Below are positions 26,011 through 35,368 of a DNA stretch of 37,424 nt, piece by piece. Source of the DNA: a virus. Lineage: Duplodnaviria > Caudoviricetes. The notes under the pieces were generated by a model. That model made no database searches. It was not told the DNA's origin and saw only the letters and a program-made list of their open reading frames with translations. The translations under genes and the position numbers were made by a program. The stretch spans positions 1 to 37,424 of IMG/VR virus record IMGVR_UViG_3300017988_000011. One strand, 5' to 3'. The stretch's first letter is position 1; every line of letters begins with the position of its first letter.

Positions 26011-26550
26011 ATGCCGAATCGCGCTGTTGATATATCTAAAGCCTTACCCATCGAAGGCTGGATGACGGAGAAGGAACTGTTTTGGCTTGGCGAGCAAGCG
26101 CAGACGCACAAGCGCATCGTCGAATTTGGTTCCTTCTGCGGGCGCAGCACTAGAGCCTTGTGCGACAATGCCGCCGGATGGGTCATGGCGGTTGATGACT
26201 GGCGAGGGGCGCGAGAAGATAAACTCCATGACCCCAAACTTGTTTTGGCCCGCTTCAAACACAACCTTCACGGCGTCCCTTGTGAACTCCGCATTGTAAC
26301 CGGCGACCACACAAACAACAAAATAATTGACTACGTTTCCAGCCAAAATCCTGATATGGTATTTCTGGATGGAAGCCATGAACTTCGTGACGTGGCCTCG
26401 CAACTTATGTATTGGAAGATTCACATGAATCCCGGTTCTTTGTTGTGCGGACACGATGGCGATTTTCCCGGCGTAACCTACTCAGTCATCAACATTTTAG
26501 GGAGCCTTGTATTGGCCCCGGAAACGGCGATCTGGTATGCAACAGTTTGA
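26011..26550 (+). CDS. class I SAM-dependent methyltransferase (Methyltransf_24-like)
   Basis: IVEFGSFCGRST, AVDDW, DMVFLDGSH, PGSLLCGHD. Confidence 0.88.
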   Translation: MPNRAVDISKALPIEGWMTEKELFWLGEQAQTHKRIVEFGSFCGRSTRALCDNAAGWVMAVDDWRGAREDKLHDPKLVLARFKHNLHGVPCELRIVTGDHTNNKIIDYVSSQNPDMVFLDGSHELRDVASQLMYWKIHMNPGSLLCGHDGDFPGVTYSVINILGSLVLAPETAIWYATV

Positions 26551-27328
26551 TGCGAATGCGAAGCCTCCGCTTTCCAAGGTTTCTTTAGTCGTAGGCATTC
26601 CGATGGTGGGACGGCCTGTAACACCAGAATGGGCGCTGTCTTATGCCGCCCTCAACTACCCTTTCAATATGAACATCGTCCATTGCCCGGTGAAGGGAAT
26701 GGAAGTGGGGGAGGCTCGAAATCTGATAGCCGAGCAAGCCATCAAAATGAAGGCTCCTTGGCTGTTTTTCATGGATGACGATGTTGCCCCTCCCTATCAC
26801 GCTGTCCGCTCGCTCATGTACAACATGCAGAACTGGACACAGCATGAAAAGGTCATGGTCGTAGCGGGAATCTACACGTCCAAGATGCCGCCTTGCGAGC
26901 CGTTTGTATTTATGGAGGCTGGCGGGGGAACATACTGGCATTGGAAGCGCGGGCAGGTTTTCGAGTGCGGCCTGATTGGAACGGGCTGTATGCTCATCAG
27001 GACCGAAGTGTTCAATTACATCGAAAAGCCCTGGTTCAAGACGGTCGATGAGGTTGACGATGGCAGCAGCCGACTGGCCCGCACGCAAATCACCGATGAT
27101 ATGTACTTCTGCCAGAAAGTGACGCAGGCGGGATTCAAGATTCTGGCCGATGGCGATGTGCTGCCCGTGCATTGGGACATCAAGCCGCTGCTTGACGATG
27201 AGGGTCGCATTTATAATTGGGAGTCTGTTCCGTGGTTGATGCCCGAAAACAGTTATCCCATGCGGGAGTATGACCCCGTAGTGGAAGTCATCAAGCCGGA
27301 AGTGAAAGAGGAAGTGCCGAGTGCTTAG
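26537..27328 (+). CDS. GT2-like (GT-A fold) glycosyltransferase
   Basis: VVGIP, ARNLIA, LFFMDDD (DxD), GTGCMLIRTEVF, DDMYFC, GFKILAD...VH. Confidence 0.88.
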   Translation: MQQFDANAKPPLSKVSLVVGIPMVGRPVTPEWALSYAALNYPFNMNIVHCPVKGMEVGEARNLIAEQAIKMKAPWLFFMDDDVAPPYHAVRSLMYNMQNWTQHEKVMVVAGIYTSKMPPCEPFVFMEAGGGTYWHWKRGQVFECGLIGTGCMLIRTEVFNYIEKPWFKTVDEVDDGSSRLARTQITDDMYFCQKVTQAGFKILADGDVLPVHWDIKPLLDDEGRIYNWESVPWLMPENSYPMREYDPVVEVIKPEVKEEVPSA

Positions 27329-27788
27329 TCTGATGTTCTTTCAACAGCCGCCAAACGGAATTCAGCAGCCGGCAAGCTACTTGCCGGGAGTCGGCGGGAG
27401 TACGCAGATTCCTCCGATTCCGCTTTCTCCGAATGGGTACATCGACAACCTCTACCCGATTTTCCAGATGGTGCGGGGTAGTGATACGGCTTGGGTGCGG
27501 GGAAGGACAATCAGCTTTGACATCGTGTTTGCGGAGAATTACCCGCCAACAGGCTTCCCGGTTTCGATGCGGACGCTCGGATTCACCTACGTTGACCATG
27601 TTTCGTTCAAGGATAATTCGGTGGGCACACTTGGCGCTCCGAGCGGCCATTGGTTTGAGTGGGACGGGTATCACAAGAGCATCAGGATTTTCAATTGTGG
27701 CGCAAGTGGCCAAGCGGGAACAGAGATACCAGTAGGTGCGAACGCTTCTGCCGTGACGTGCCGCGCTACTTTCTACGGAGGCATGTAA
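27321..27788 (+). CDS. putative virion protein (paralog group A)
   Basis: SFDI...YP..GFPV...FEWD..HKSIRI...E...GANASAV..RA.F.G. Confidence 0.6.
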   Translation: MLSLMFFQQPPNGIQQPASYLPGVGGSTQIPPIPLSPNGYIDNLYPIFQMVRGSDTAWVRGRTISFDIVFAENYPPTGFPVSMRTLGFTYVDHVSFKDNSVGTLGAPSGHWFEWDGYHKSIRIFNCGASGQAGTEIPVGANASAVTCRATFYGGM

Positions 27789-27792
27789 GGGT

Positions 27793-28779
27793 GTGGCCAC
27801 GACATTCCAGATGTTATATTCTCGCATCGCTGGGGATGTTCCGAGAATTCCCCTTAATCGGGCTCAACAGGCCGTCCAAGATGCGTGGAGTAGTGTTTGC
27901 AGCACGCGGCTCTGGTCATTTAATATCGTCGAAACCCGCTTCTTTGTCCCCAATCTAGTCTCTGCTGGAACCGTCTCGGTAACTTATGGAAGTCAGACAA
28001 TCACTTTTAATGCTGCCGCAATAGCGGCCCTCAATGCAATTCCAGCCATTACGCCGATAACCTCCCAACAGTTTCGAATGACGGGTGGAGATATTTACAA
28101 TATTCTAACCTATAACTCCTCTACCGGCGTGGCGACGATTGACAATCCCTTTGGGGGAGCAACAAACAGTTCCTCTGGATACCAAGTTTACGAATGTTAC
28201 TACGCAGTCCAGCCACCAACAAACAGCGTCTTTTTGAATTTTGAATCAATTCTTGACCCTGTAAACGGCTATACTTTTAAGCAGTTAGGACTAACTAAGG
28301 CGGATATTGACAAGATAGACCCTTACAGGTCTAGCTTTGACAACCCAATCTACGCCGCGTCATACCAACTCAATGGGAATGGCCAAATGTTGTATGAGTT
28401 TTGGCCTCACCCATCATCTATTCAGATATTTCAATGCTTGTACAGAACAAATGGGGGGAATCTCATTCAGGATAGCGACCCGCTTCCGGCAGTTATCAGC
28501 CGTGATTTAGTCGAGAGCAGGGCAATGGTCAACGCCCTCAACTGGATGGAATTGAACACAGAGATTGTTCCTGGCGCAGCGCGGATAAACTTCGGACAGA
28601 TGAAGAAAGACATGATGGCTCTGTACGAAGATGAAATGACAAAACTGTGGAAGGATGAGGACGAGCGGTGCTTATCGTTGTTCGTGAAATATGACCCGCT
28701 TAGCCGAGTACCTGGAATACTTACCGGAAGCTGGCTGGCTAGCCACGATGGAGCCGGAATCATTTTTCCTAATCTGTAA
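27793..28779 (+). CDS. putative head-tail adaptor
   Basis: MATTFQMLYSRI...AVQDAW...WSF; FWPHP; position. Confidence 0.55.
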   Translation: MATTFQMLYSRIAGDVPRIPLNRAQQAVQDAWSSVCSTRLWSFNIVETRFFVPNLVSAGTVSVTYGSQTITFNAAAIAALNAIPAITPITSQQFRMTGGDIYNILTYNSSTGVATIDNPFGGATNSSSGYQVYECYYAVQPPTNSVFLNFESILDPVNGYTFKQLGLTKADIDKIDPYRSSFDNPIYAASYQLNGNGQMLYEFWPHPSSIQIFQCLYRTNGGNLIQDSDPLPAVISRDLVESRAMVNALNWMELNTEIVPGAARINFGQMKKDMMALYEDEMTKLWKDEDERCLSLFVKYDPLSRVPGILTGSWLASHDGAGIIFPNL

Positions 28780-28790
28780 ATGGAGGTTTT

Positions 28791-29012
28791 ATGGCAAAAG
28801 CAAAGACTAAGACGGGAACGGGGCAACTTCGCAGCCCTGCAACGGGTACGGGAGCCATCGGAGGCAGCGTTCACAAGCCCATGAAGGGCACGACAGCGCT
28901 TCTCTCGATGGACTGGAAGCGGCCCATGACGGAAATCAGCGGGATGGGGATGCTCAAGGAACTTTCTCCGAAGCGCACCGCCATCATCACCGACAAACTG
29001 AAGGCGCACTAA
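28791..29012 (+). CDS. small basic protein
   Basis: GGAGG SD. Confidence 0.65.
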   Translation: MAKAKTKTGTGQLRSPATGTGAIGGSVHKPMKGTTALLSMDWKRPMTEISGMGMLKELSPKRTAIITDKLKAH

Positions 29013-29022
29013 GGAGGGCATC

Positions 29023-29352
29023 ATGCCTATCGCAGTTGTTCAAGTTCCGACCGATGGGAGCGGATTGCTGCTTAATTTGATGCGGGGAACAGCAGGGTCC
29101 AGCAACAATCCTGTTCCCAGCCAATCTCCATCGGTTCGCATGTTCTACGCCAAAGCGATGCCGAGCAATGAAGGGGTAATATCCGCTTGCCCTCCAATTC
29201 CCAACATTACGGTAGCATCGGGAATCCCTTTTGGGGCGGGAGATCAGATTCTTAGCAATTCCGATGTAGTGAACAACATCTCGCTGATCGACAAGGTTTT
29301 GATTGCCGACCGGCCAAACCAATTCGTTGGCCTTTATTGGGAGAACGCTTGA
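29023..29352 (+). CDS. putative virion protein
   Basis: AAGGAGG SD. Confidence 0.6.
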   Translation: MPIAVVQVPTDGSGLLLNLMRGTAGSSNNPVPSQSPSVRMFYAKAMPSNEGVISACPPIPNITVASGIPFGAGDQILSNSDVVNNISLIDKVLIADRPNQFVGLYWENA

Positions 29353-30743
29353 GCCGTACGTATTCATGGCTGACGTACTCTTCCGCTCGGACACAACTTG
29401 CCCAGAGCCTCGGGGATTCCTCGTCTGTTTTCTTCCTCAACACGGGAACCTACAATGAAATCGGCCTGTGCGTCAAGGAAGCTCTGCGGACGTGGCAATG
29501 CCTGACGGGATATTGGAGGGGAAGAGACTCTTTTACGGCCAGCGCGGGAAACACGTTTTATGATCTAAGTTCTGTGCTGAACAATGGTCTGAGAAGTTAC
29601 AACGTGTACGATACCGACTTGTGCGCGTCCATGCAGTACCGATTGTCAGAAAACCTCGGCTCAGAGGCTCCGGGCGATACTTGGATAGGTACATCCATGT
29701 TTTCTCTGGAACAGCTTACAGATGCCCTCCAGACGCGCCGCGATTCCTTCCTGGAGCAGACGGGGATAATTCTAGGAACTTCCACGCTCACGGTAAGCCC
29801 TCCGGCGCCCTCTTACGGATTTGCCGATGACACGGTAATCGACGTAAGGCGGATGGCATGGATTGACCCGGTGACGGGAAAAAAGTCCTACCTTCACCGG
29901 CAAGACGAATGGCAGATGAACGCTTACAATCCCGGTTGGAACGCTGGATTTGGGGGAGCGCCAAGCAGCTATTCGCTGGCATCAACTCCCGTGCTTAACT
30001 TTGCCCTTTCCCCGACGCCGGGGGTAGGGTCAAGCGTGGAACTCATTACGACGAACTCCGGGGCGACACTGAATCCCGCCGCTGGCGTGCTGATAGGAGT
30101 CCCTGACGATTGGGCATGGGTGGTGGAATTCGGAGCGCTGGCCGACTTGCTCTCCGAGGATGGGCCGTCGCCCGACGTGCAACTGAGCGAGTATTGCGAG
30201 GCCCGCTGGCAGCAGGGAATCGCTTTGGCGCGGCTTGCGCCTTGCGTGGTAGCGGCCAAGATTAATGGCGCGGACGTGATGCCGACACCCCTTTGGGACA
30301 TGGATATGTACAATCCGGGCTGGGAAAACTCAACTTCTGGAACCAATCAACTGGCCTTCGCGGGGCAGAACCTTGTAGCGATTTCCCCGCCACCTTCGGC
30401 AAGCAGCACACCCTCGATTCTCGTTGACGTCGTGCAAAATGCTCCGATGCCCGCAAGCGATGGAGCCTACATACAAATTGGAAGGGAGGAATGGTCAGCA
30501 ATTCTTGATTATAGTCAGCACCTTGCAAGCCTAAAACTCAGCGCGGACGAGTTCAAAGGAACCCTTGGACTTTACAAGAATTTCATGCAGCAGGCGGCGC
30601 TTTACAATGACCGCTTGGCGGCCTATGCGCCGATGTTCAAGCCAATGGCTTTGCAGATGCACACGGAATGCGAGAAGATTCAACGGCGGCTGTCAGACTC
30701 GATGGTGGAGGTAGGCAGTGGCACGACAAAAGGCGGGGAGTAA
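29349..30743 (+). CDS. putative adaptor/tail structural protein
   Basis: TTG start after GGGAG; TYSSARTQLAQSLGD, PSSY...LSPTP, IGVPDDW, adaptor-like. Confidence 0.55.
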   Translation: MSRTYSWLTYSSARTQLAQSLGDSSSVFFLNTGTYNEIGLCVKEALRTWQCLTGYWRGRDSFTASAGNTFYDLSSVLNNGLRSYNVYDTDLCASMQYRLSENLGSEAPGDTWIGTSMFSLEQLTDALQTRRDSFLEQTGIILGTSTLTVSPPAPSYGFADDTVIDVRRMAWIDPVTGKKSYLHRQDEWQMNAYNPGWNAGFGGAPSSYSLASTPVLNFALSPTPGVGSSVELITTNSGATLNPAAGVLIGVPDDWAWVVEFGALADLLSEDGPSPDVQLSEYCEARWQQGIALARLAPCVVAAKINGADVMPTPLWDMDMYNPGWENSTSGTNQLAFAGQNLVAISPPPSASSTPSILVDVVQNAPMPASDGAYIQIGREEWSAILDYSQHLASLKLSADEFKGTLGLYKNFMQQAALYNDRLAAYAPMFKPMALQMHTECEKIQRRLSDSMVEVGSGTTKGGE

Positions 30744-30909
30744 GTCGAGGAAATCGCCAGTCAGTAAAAAGGTTCACAAGTTGGTTCACGAAGAAGGAAT
30801 GGACCCTAAACAGGCCGTTGCTACCGCGTTAAATATGAAGCGTCACCACCGCCTGACGAAATCCGGTGGTTACATCCGAAGCAAGCGCAAGAGCGCATCC
30901 AAGAGGTGA
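30718..30909 (+). CDS. Lys/Arg-rich small protein
   Basis: GGAGG SD; PKQAVATAL motif common in small basic phage proteins. Confidence 0.65.
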   Translation: MARQKAGSKSRKSPVSKKVHKLVHEEGMDPKQAVATALNMKRHHRLTKSGGYIRSKRKSASKR

Positions 30910-30911
30910 AC

Positions 30912-30998
30912 ATGAGTCATTTCCGACCGAACAAGGCAAGCGGCAAGAAGAAGCCGAAGAAGTCAATGAGCAAGATTGCGATGGAAGCAAAGAGGTGA
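30912..30998 (+). CDS. 28-aa Lys-rich peptide MSHFRPNKASGKKKPKKSMSKIAMEAKR
   Basis: GAGGTG SD; exactly fills the gap between two genes. Confidence 0.55.
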   Translation: MSHFRPNKASGKKKPKKSMSKIAMEAKR

Positions 30999-31001
30999 GG
31001 C

Positions 31002-33998
31002 TTGGCGGCGACAACTCTCTCCGGGTATCCCTTGCTCCAGAATTGCAGGGTCTATGTGCCCTCACGGGTACAGTCTCGCCCCGGCCTGACCTCCCTCGTC
31101 GGCGTCGGTACTTCCGCAATCGTCCACTCCATCAAGCGCCTCAATGACCAAACCGCCTCAGACTACACCCGCATCGTAGGGGCAGGAACCAAACTCTACT
31201 TCGGCAAAGGCTCACTCGCGCAGATCGACACCGGCTACAGCGGCAACCCGCTTTCGATGGTGGCGTTCGAGCCTGCCGTATCACCGTCGCCTTGGATTTA
31301 CATCATGGACGGCACCAAGGGCGGGCGGAAGGTCAACGTCGCGGGAACGGTGTACGCGCAGGGGATTGCACCACCACTAGCGGCTCCGACCGTTGTAAAT
31401 GGTCCTCCGAGCTTCCAAATCATCGACCTATTTAGCGGTTCTCCCCCCGGTAAATGGGTGGTGAGTGGAACGGCATCAACGATTGTTAATGGCCCGGTGC
31501 TGTCAACAACCATCCTCAAAATAAGCTATGACACGGGGAATTTTGGGTGGGCCTCGGTCGTTCCCACTGGAACCACGTATGCGGTTACGCCGGGAGCAGG
31601 GTCTTTTATGACCGTGGGAACGGGGGCCACTCAGGAAACCGTCATAATCACCTCCGCTCAGGCTGCCCTTTCTCCGACTACGATTGGTTCAATCACTTAC
31701 GATTCGGGTTCTACGGGACTTTGCACAATCTATCCCGCAGCCGCATTTGCCGTGGTACCGGGGCAAGAGGTAATCATAAATTCGGGAGAGGGCGTATTTG
31801 TAATCTCCATAGGCACAGACACGGTAGGAAATTTCTACTTCCGAACCTCGACGGCGTTGAATCACAGTCCCGGTGAATCATTGGCCAGCCCTAACTACAC
31901 CTTGCGCTGCTACCTCGATTACACTCATTCCGTGGGAGAGGCAATCGCGGCTGGACTGTTCGCATGGGATGTGGCGGTAGGGACCGGGTTGCTCTCCGAA
32001 CTCGTTTCCTTTGATTTGGCCGTTATCGAAGGACGGCCTCAACAGAGTACGGATGTTGTTTCATTCTGGATAAATTCTAATGGTCCCACCCTTGTATCGA
32101 ATCTACGCATTGAGTTTGACGTAGATGCCTCCATCAACGATTTCAGCACCAACTATTACTATGCGGACGTGGATATATCGGGGTTTTCAATCGGCATCTG
32201 GACGCTAGTATCTGTTCCCATTTCCGGGTTTACCCGAGTTGGGGCAGGGGCAGGCACTTGGGCGAATGTGGCGGCAGTGGGGATCGCTCTGACCGTATCC
32301 AGCAGCAGCGTTTATACTCTCATCACAGGTCTGTCCATCAATGGTCAATACGGCCCGAACAGTACGGTGGCGGGAGCCTCGGGCTACACCTACGTTCAAA
32401 GGTATCGCTCCGCTGCGCTTGGAGTAAAATCAAATCCCGGCCCTGCTATCCGTCCCGCGATTAGCGTTGACAATCAAAGTCTCGTAGTCATAGGAACGGT
32501 TAGCCCTGACCCACAGGTTGATACGGTTGACTTCTTCCGCTTGGGAGGAACATCCACAGCATTTCTTTATATTGCCTCTGCTCCGAATTCAGGAACACCC
32601 CAAATTCTCGATGTCTTTGGCGACCTCGACATTGCCAGCGCGGAGCAACTTGAAACCGACCTCTACCAACCCTTCCCAGTTCCCGGCCTGCCTGTTTCGG
32701 GCGTGTGCAACGTCAGCGGTTATGCCGTGACGTGGGTATCGGGGAGCAAATTCAACACGTCTTGGCCCCTTGGTACGGGCATCCTCATCAACGGGATTGC
32801 CAACACGCTTTACAGCCAACCGACCGTGAACACCGCTTGCGTTTTGCAGGATGCGATGGGCGTGCTTAATAACGTGTCTTTCAGCGTGCCGAATCCTATC
32901 CTCATGGCGCAACCCATGACGGTGATGTTTGGCATCTACGGCGAGGGCAACGCGGGCCTGACGCTGTTCGGAGTCGGAAACTCTCTCAACGCGGGAACGC
33001 TGTTCTGGACAAACGGCAACGATGCGGACTCGGCAGATGTTGCCAATTCCTTACAGATTACCTCGCCCTCGGAAGCCTTGATGAACGGCGGGGTGTACGC
33101 CGACCAGCCGTTTGTGTTCTCCATCAAGCGCCTATTCAGGCTTGTGCCAAACTTCGCTACGGATGCGAATGGTAATCCGCTAGGGGGGTATCTCGCTTAT
33201 GACGAGGGGAGCGGGTACGGCTTGGCCGCGCCTTGGGCTTTGTGCGTAGGGCCGCGAATCTACTACTACGCAGGAGACTCCATCCGTGAAAGCACCCTTG
33301 GGGGAGTCTCGGAGTCAATCACCGACCCTGACCTTGCGCTACTGTTTCCTCATGGTGAATCGGCGGGGGTAGCAGTTCAAATTGGCGGCGTGACTATCTA
33401 TCCCCCTGACCCCACACAGACGGCGCGGCTGCGGCTATCATTCCACAACTCGCACTTGTTCTTTGACTACATTGATACTCAGTCGAATGCCACAACGCTG
33501 TGCTGGAATCCTATTACGAGAAGTTGGGGGCTTGACACTTCCTCAATGGGACTCGTTTGTCATTATTTAGACGAAGCGCAGGGGTCAACGCTGTTACTCG
33601 CGGGCGGGGCAGATGGGAATGTGTACGAGTATAGCAACGCGGCTGCGCTGGATGAGCCGTTCGTATTAAAGATGCCGACCCGTGGAGATGGATGGACATT
33701 CCTCCAAAGCCGTGAAATCTACTTCGCATTAGCAATGGCGACAACGGGGAGTATAATCATAAACGTCGATGGGGTAGATTACAGCACGTCAATCCCAGCG
33801 ACGGCGGGGGGCGCATACGCCCGCGCTTATTACAATTTGCCATCGCTCAAAGGCCAAGCGTGGTCGTGGGGTGTGACGAGTTCGGGAGCGACTGAGATTT
33901 ATACGAAGGATACTATGGCAATGGTGAAGGAATGGGCTGCGAAAGAATACAAGCCTGATGAAATTTTCAGGGATTTGAATCGACAGGTGAAGCCGTAA
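31002..33998 (+). CDS. putative tail nozzle (P22 gp10/T7 gp12-like) with inserted beta domains
   Basis: 998 aa, beta-rich; N-terminal LQNC...VQSRPG; lies between adaptors and GNAT/ejection genes. Confidence 0.55.
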   Translation: MAATTLSGYPLLQNCRVYVPSRVQSRPGLTSLVGVGTSAIVHSIKRLNDQTASDYTRIVGAGTKLYFGKGSLAQIDTGYSGNPLSMVAFEPAVSPSPWIYIMDGTKGGRKVNVAGTVYAQGIAPPLAAPTVVNGPPSFQIIDLFSGSPPGKWVVSGTASTIVNGPVLSTTILKISYDTGNFGWASVVPTGTTYAVTPGAGSFMTVGTGATQETVIITSAQAALSPTTIGSITYDSGSTGLCTIYPAAAFAVVPGQEVIINSGEGVFVISIGTDTVGNFYFRTSTALNHSPGESLASPNYTLRCYLDYTHSVGEAIAAGLFAWDVAVGTGLLSELVSFDLAVIEGRPQQSTDVVSFWINSNGPTLVSNLRIEFDVDASINDFSTNYYYADVDISGFSIGIWTLVSVPISGFTRVGAGAGTWANVAAVGIALTVSSSSVYTLITGLSINGQYGPNSTVAGASGYTYVQRYRSAALGVKSNPGPAIRPAISVDNQSLVVIGTVSPDPQVDTVDFFRLGGTSTAFLYIASAPNSGTPQILDVFGDLDIASAEQLETDLYQPFPVPGLPVSGVCNVSGYAVTWVSGSKFNTSWPLGTGILINGIANTLYSQPTVNTACVLQDAMGVLNNVSFSVPNPILMAQPMTVMFGIYGEGNAGLTLFGVGNSLNAGTLFWTNGNDADSADVANSLQITSPSEALMNGGVYADQPFVFSIKRLFRLVPNFATDANGNPLGGYLAYDEGSGYGLAAPWALCVGPRIYYYAGDSIRESTLGGVSESITDPDLALLFPHGESAGVAVQIGGVTIYPPDPTQTARLRLSFHNSHLFFDYIDTQSNATTLCWNPITRSWGLDTSSMGLVCHYLDEAQGSTLLLAGGADGNVYEYSNAAALDEPFVLKMPTRGDGWTFLQSREIYFALAMATTGSIIINVDGVDYSTSIPATAGGAYARAYYNLPSLKGQAWSWGVTSSGATEIYTKDTMAMVKEWAAKEYKPDEIFRDLNRQVKP

Positions 33999-34298
33999 AT
34001 GGCGACAACAACCCAAAACTCGCAATGGAATCCAAACTTGTACGGCCTTGCCCACAAGCGGGTAGCTGACGCCATATCGTACATCGGAAACGCCTTTTTC
34101 TCTCAGAAGGCGCAAGTGAATGCGGCAACCCAGAACTTTAATCCGCAGGCGGGAACGCACGTAGGCAACGGCGCAGCGGGAAACGTCCAAGCCCCTGCCA
34201 TTGGAACGGGAACAGGCCCATCGAACCCCCACAACATTGTGGGATTCAAGAAAGTTGTGAGCGAGGGGGTGACGTACTACACGCCACTTTTCAAATGA
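33999..34298 (+). CDS. putative small tail protein
   Basis: Abuts the nozzle gene; ends TYYTPLF. Confidence 0.55.
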   Translation: MATTTQNSQWNPNLYGLAHKRVADAISYIGNAFFSQKAQVNAATQNFNPQAGTHVGNGAAGNVQAPAIGTGTGPSNPHNIVGFKKVVSEGVTYYTPLFK

Positions 34299-34307
34299 GG
34301 AGCGTCA

Positions 34308-34682
34308 ATGCCGGAAGTAACAAATGGTATAGAAAGATTACATTTCAAGGTATTACGGGGTGAACAGGCTAAAACTATAGACCCAGAGGGTGTGCTGTGG
34401 CCTCCCGATAGCCTTGTAACCTTCGCGGAGCGAGGCAATAAAATCGTGGGTAGATGTGCCCTCATTGAGCTACCTCACATTGAGGGAACGTGGGTAGCAA
34501 AGGAAGAACAGAAGTCCACAATCGCTTTTCGCATGGTGAATGGAGCGGAAAAGACCCTGAAGCACTTGGGCGCGAAGCACGTCATTGCCTTTGTCGAGGC
34601 GAATAACGCCGAAGTGCAAGGGTATGTTGAAAGGATGGGTTATAAGAAGCAACGGCTAGAAGTTTGGGTCAAGGAGTTGTAA
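34308..34682 (+). CDS. GNAT-fold acetyltransferase-like protein
   Basis: KIVG...HIEGTWV.KE.Q...N.....YVERMGY; usual position before podoviral ejection genes. Confidence 0.65.
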   Translation: MPEVTNGIERLHFKVLRGEQAKTIDPEGVLWPPDSLVTFAERGNKIVGRCALIELPHIEGTWVAKEEQKSTIAFRMVNGAEKTLKHLGAKHVIAFVEANNAEVQGYVERMGYKKQRLEVWVKEL

Positions 34683-34683
34683 T

Positions 34684-35367
34684 ATGCCCTTAGCAGCGGC
34701 TTTACCCTTTATCATCGGAGCGGGAATATCAGCCGGAGGAGCTGTCATTGGTGGTGAATTGGCGGGTAGACAATCGAGCCAAGAAAAAGGTTTACTTTCA
34801 CAGGAACAGATAAATGCTCAACAAGCCGGTGGAATAGCCTCTACTCTTGCACCAGAAGGCGAGAAGAACCTTGATACCGCGCAAAACTTCTGGCAATCGG
34901 TAATGAGTGGTGGTCAAGCAGAGACTACCGCGCTTGCGCCATCCATCAACAACATCACAAGTCAGTACGGGGCGGCAGAGAAGTCGGCCTTGCAGTTTGC
35001 ACCACGCGGCGGAGGGCAGCAAGAGACTCTATCGCAGTTGCCTCTTCAAAAGGCTAACGCAATTACCAATCTTCAGACGAACCTTGCAGCTCAAGCGCCT
35101 AATGAATTAGCGCAAATTGGGGAGGTAGAAACCCAGCAAGCAATCAGTGCATTAAGTGGAAGCACGGCATCGTCGGCGTCGGCTCTCAACTTCTTGCAAC
35201 AGCAAAGTGATCAATCCATCCAAGTAGGGAATAGTATCGGCACGGGACTTGGTAGCTTACTGTACTACTATCTCAACTCTCAGAACGCACAAAAGGGAAC
35301 AAACAATGCAGGGGTAATAACGAATCTATTCTCTGACTCAACTGATGCTTTGGCAGCGGGAGCGTAA
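34684..35367 (+). CDS. putative DNA ejection/pilot protein
   Basis: Hydrophobic Gly/Ala N-terminus with a Gln/Ala/Ser-rich body. Confidence 0.6.
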   Translation: MPLAAALPFIIGAGISAGGAVIGGELAGRQSSQEKGLLSQEQINAQQAGGIASTLAPEGEKNLDTAQNFWQSVMSGGQAETTALAPSINNITSQYGAAEKSALQFAPRGGGQQETLSQLPLQKANAITNLQTNLAAQAPNELAQIGEVETQQAISALSGSTASSASALNFLQQQSDQSIQVGNSIGTGLGSLLYYYLNSQNAQKGTNNAGVITNLFSDSTDALAAGA

Positions 35368-35368
35368 T

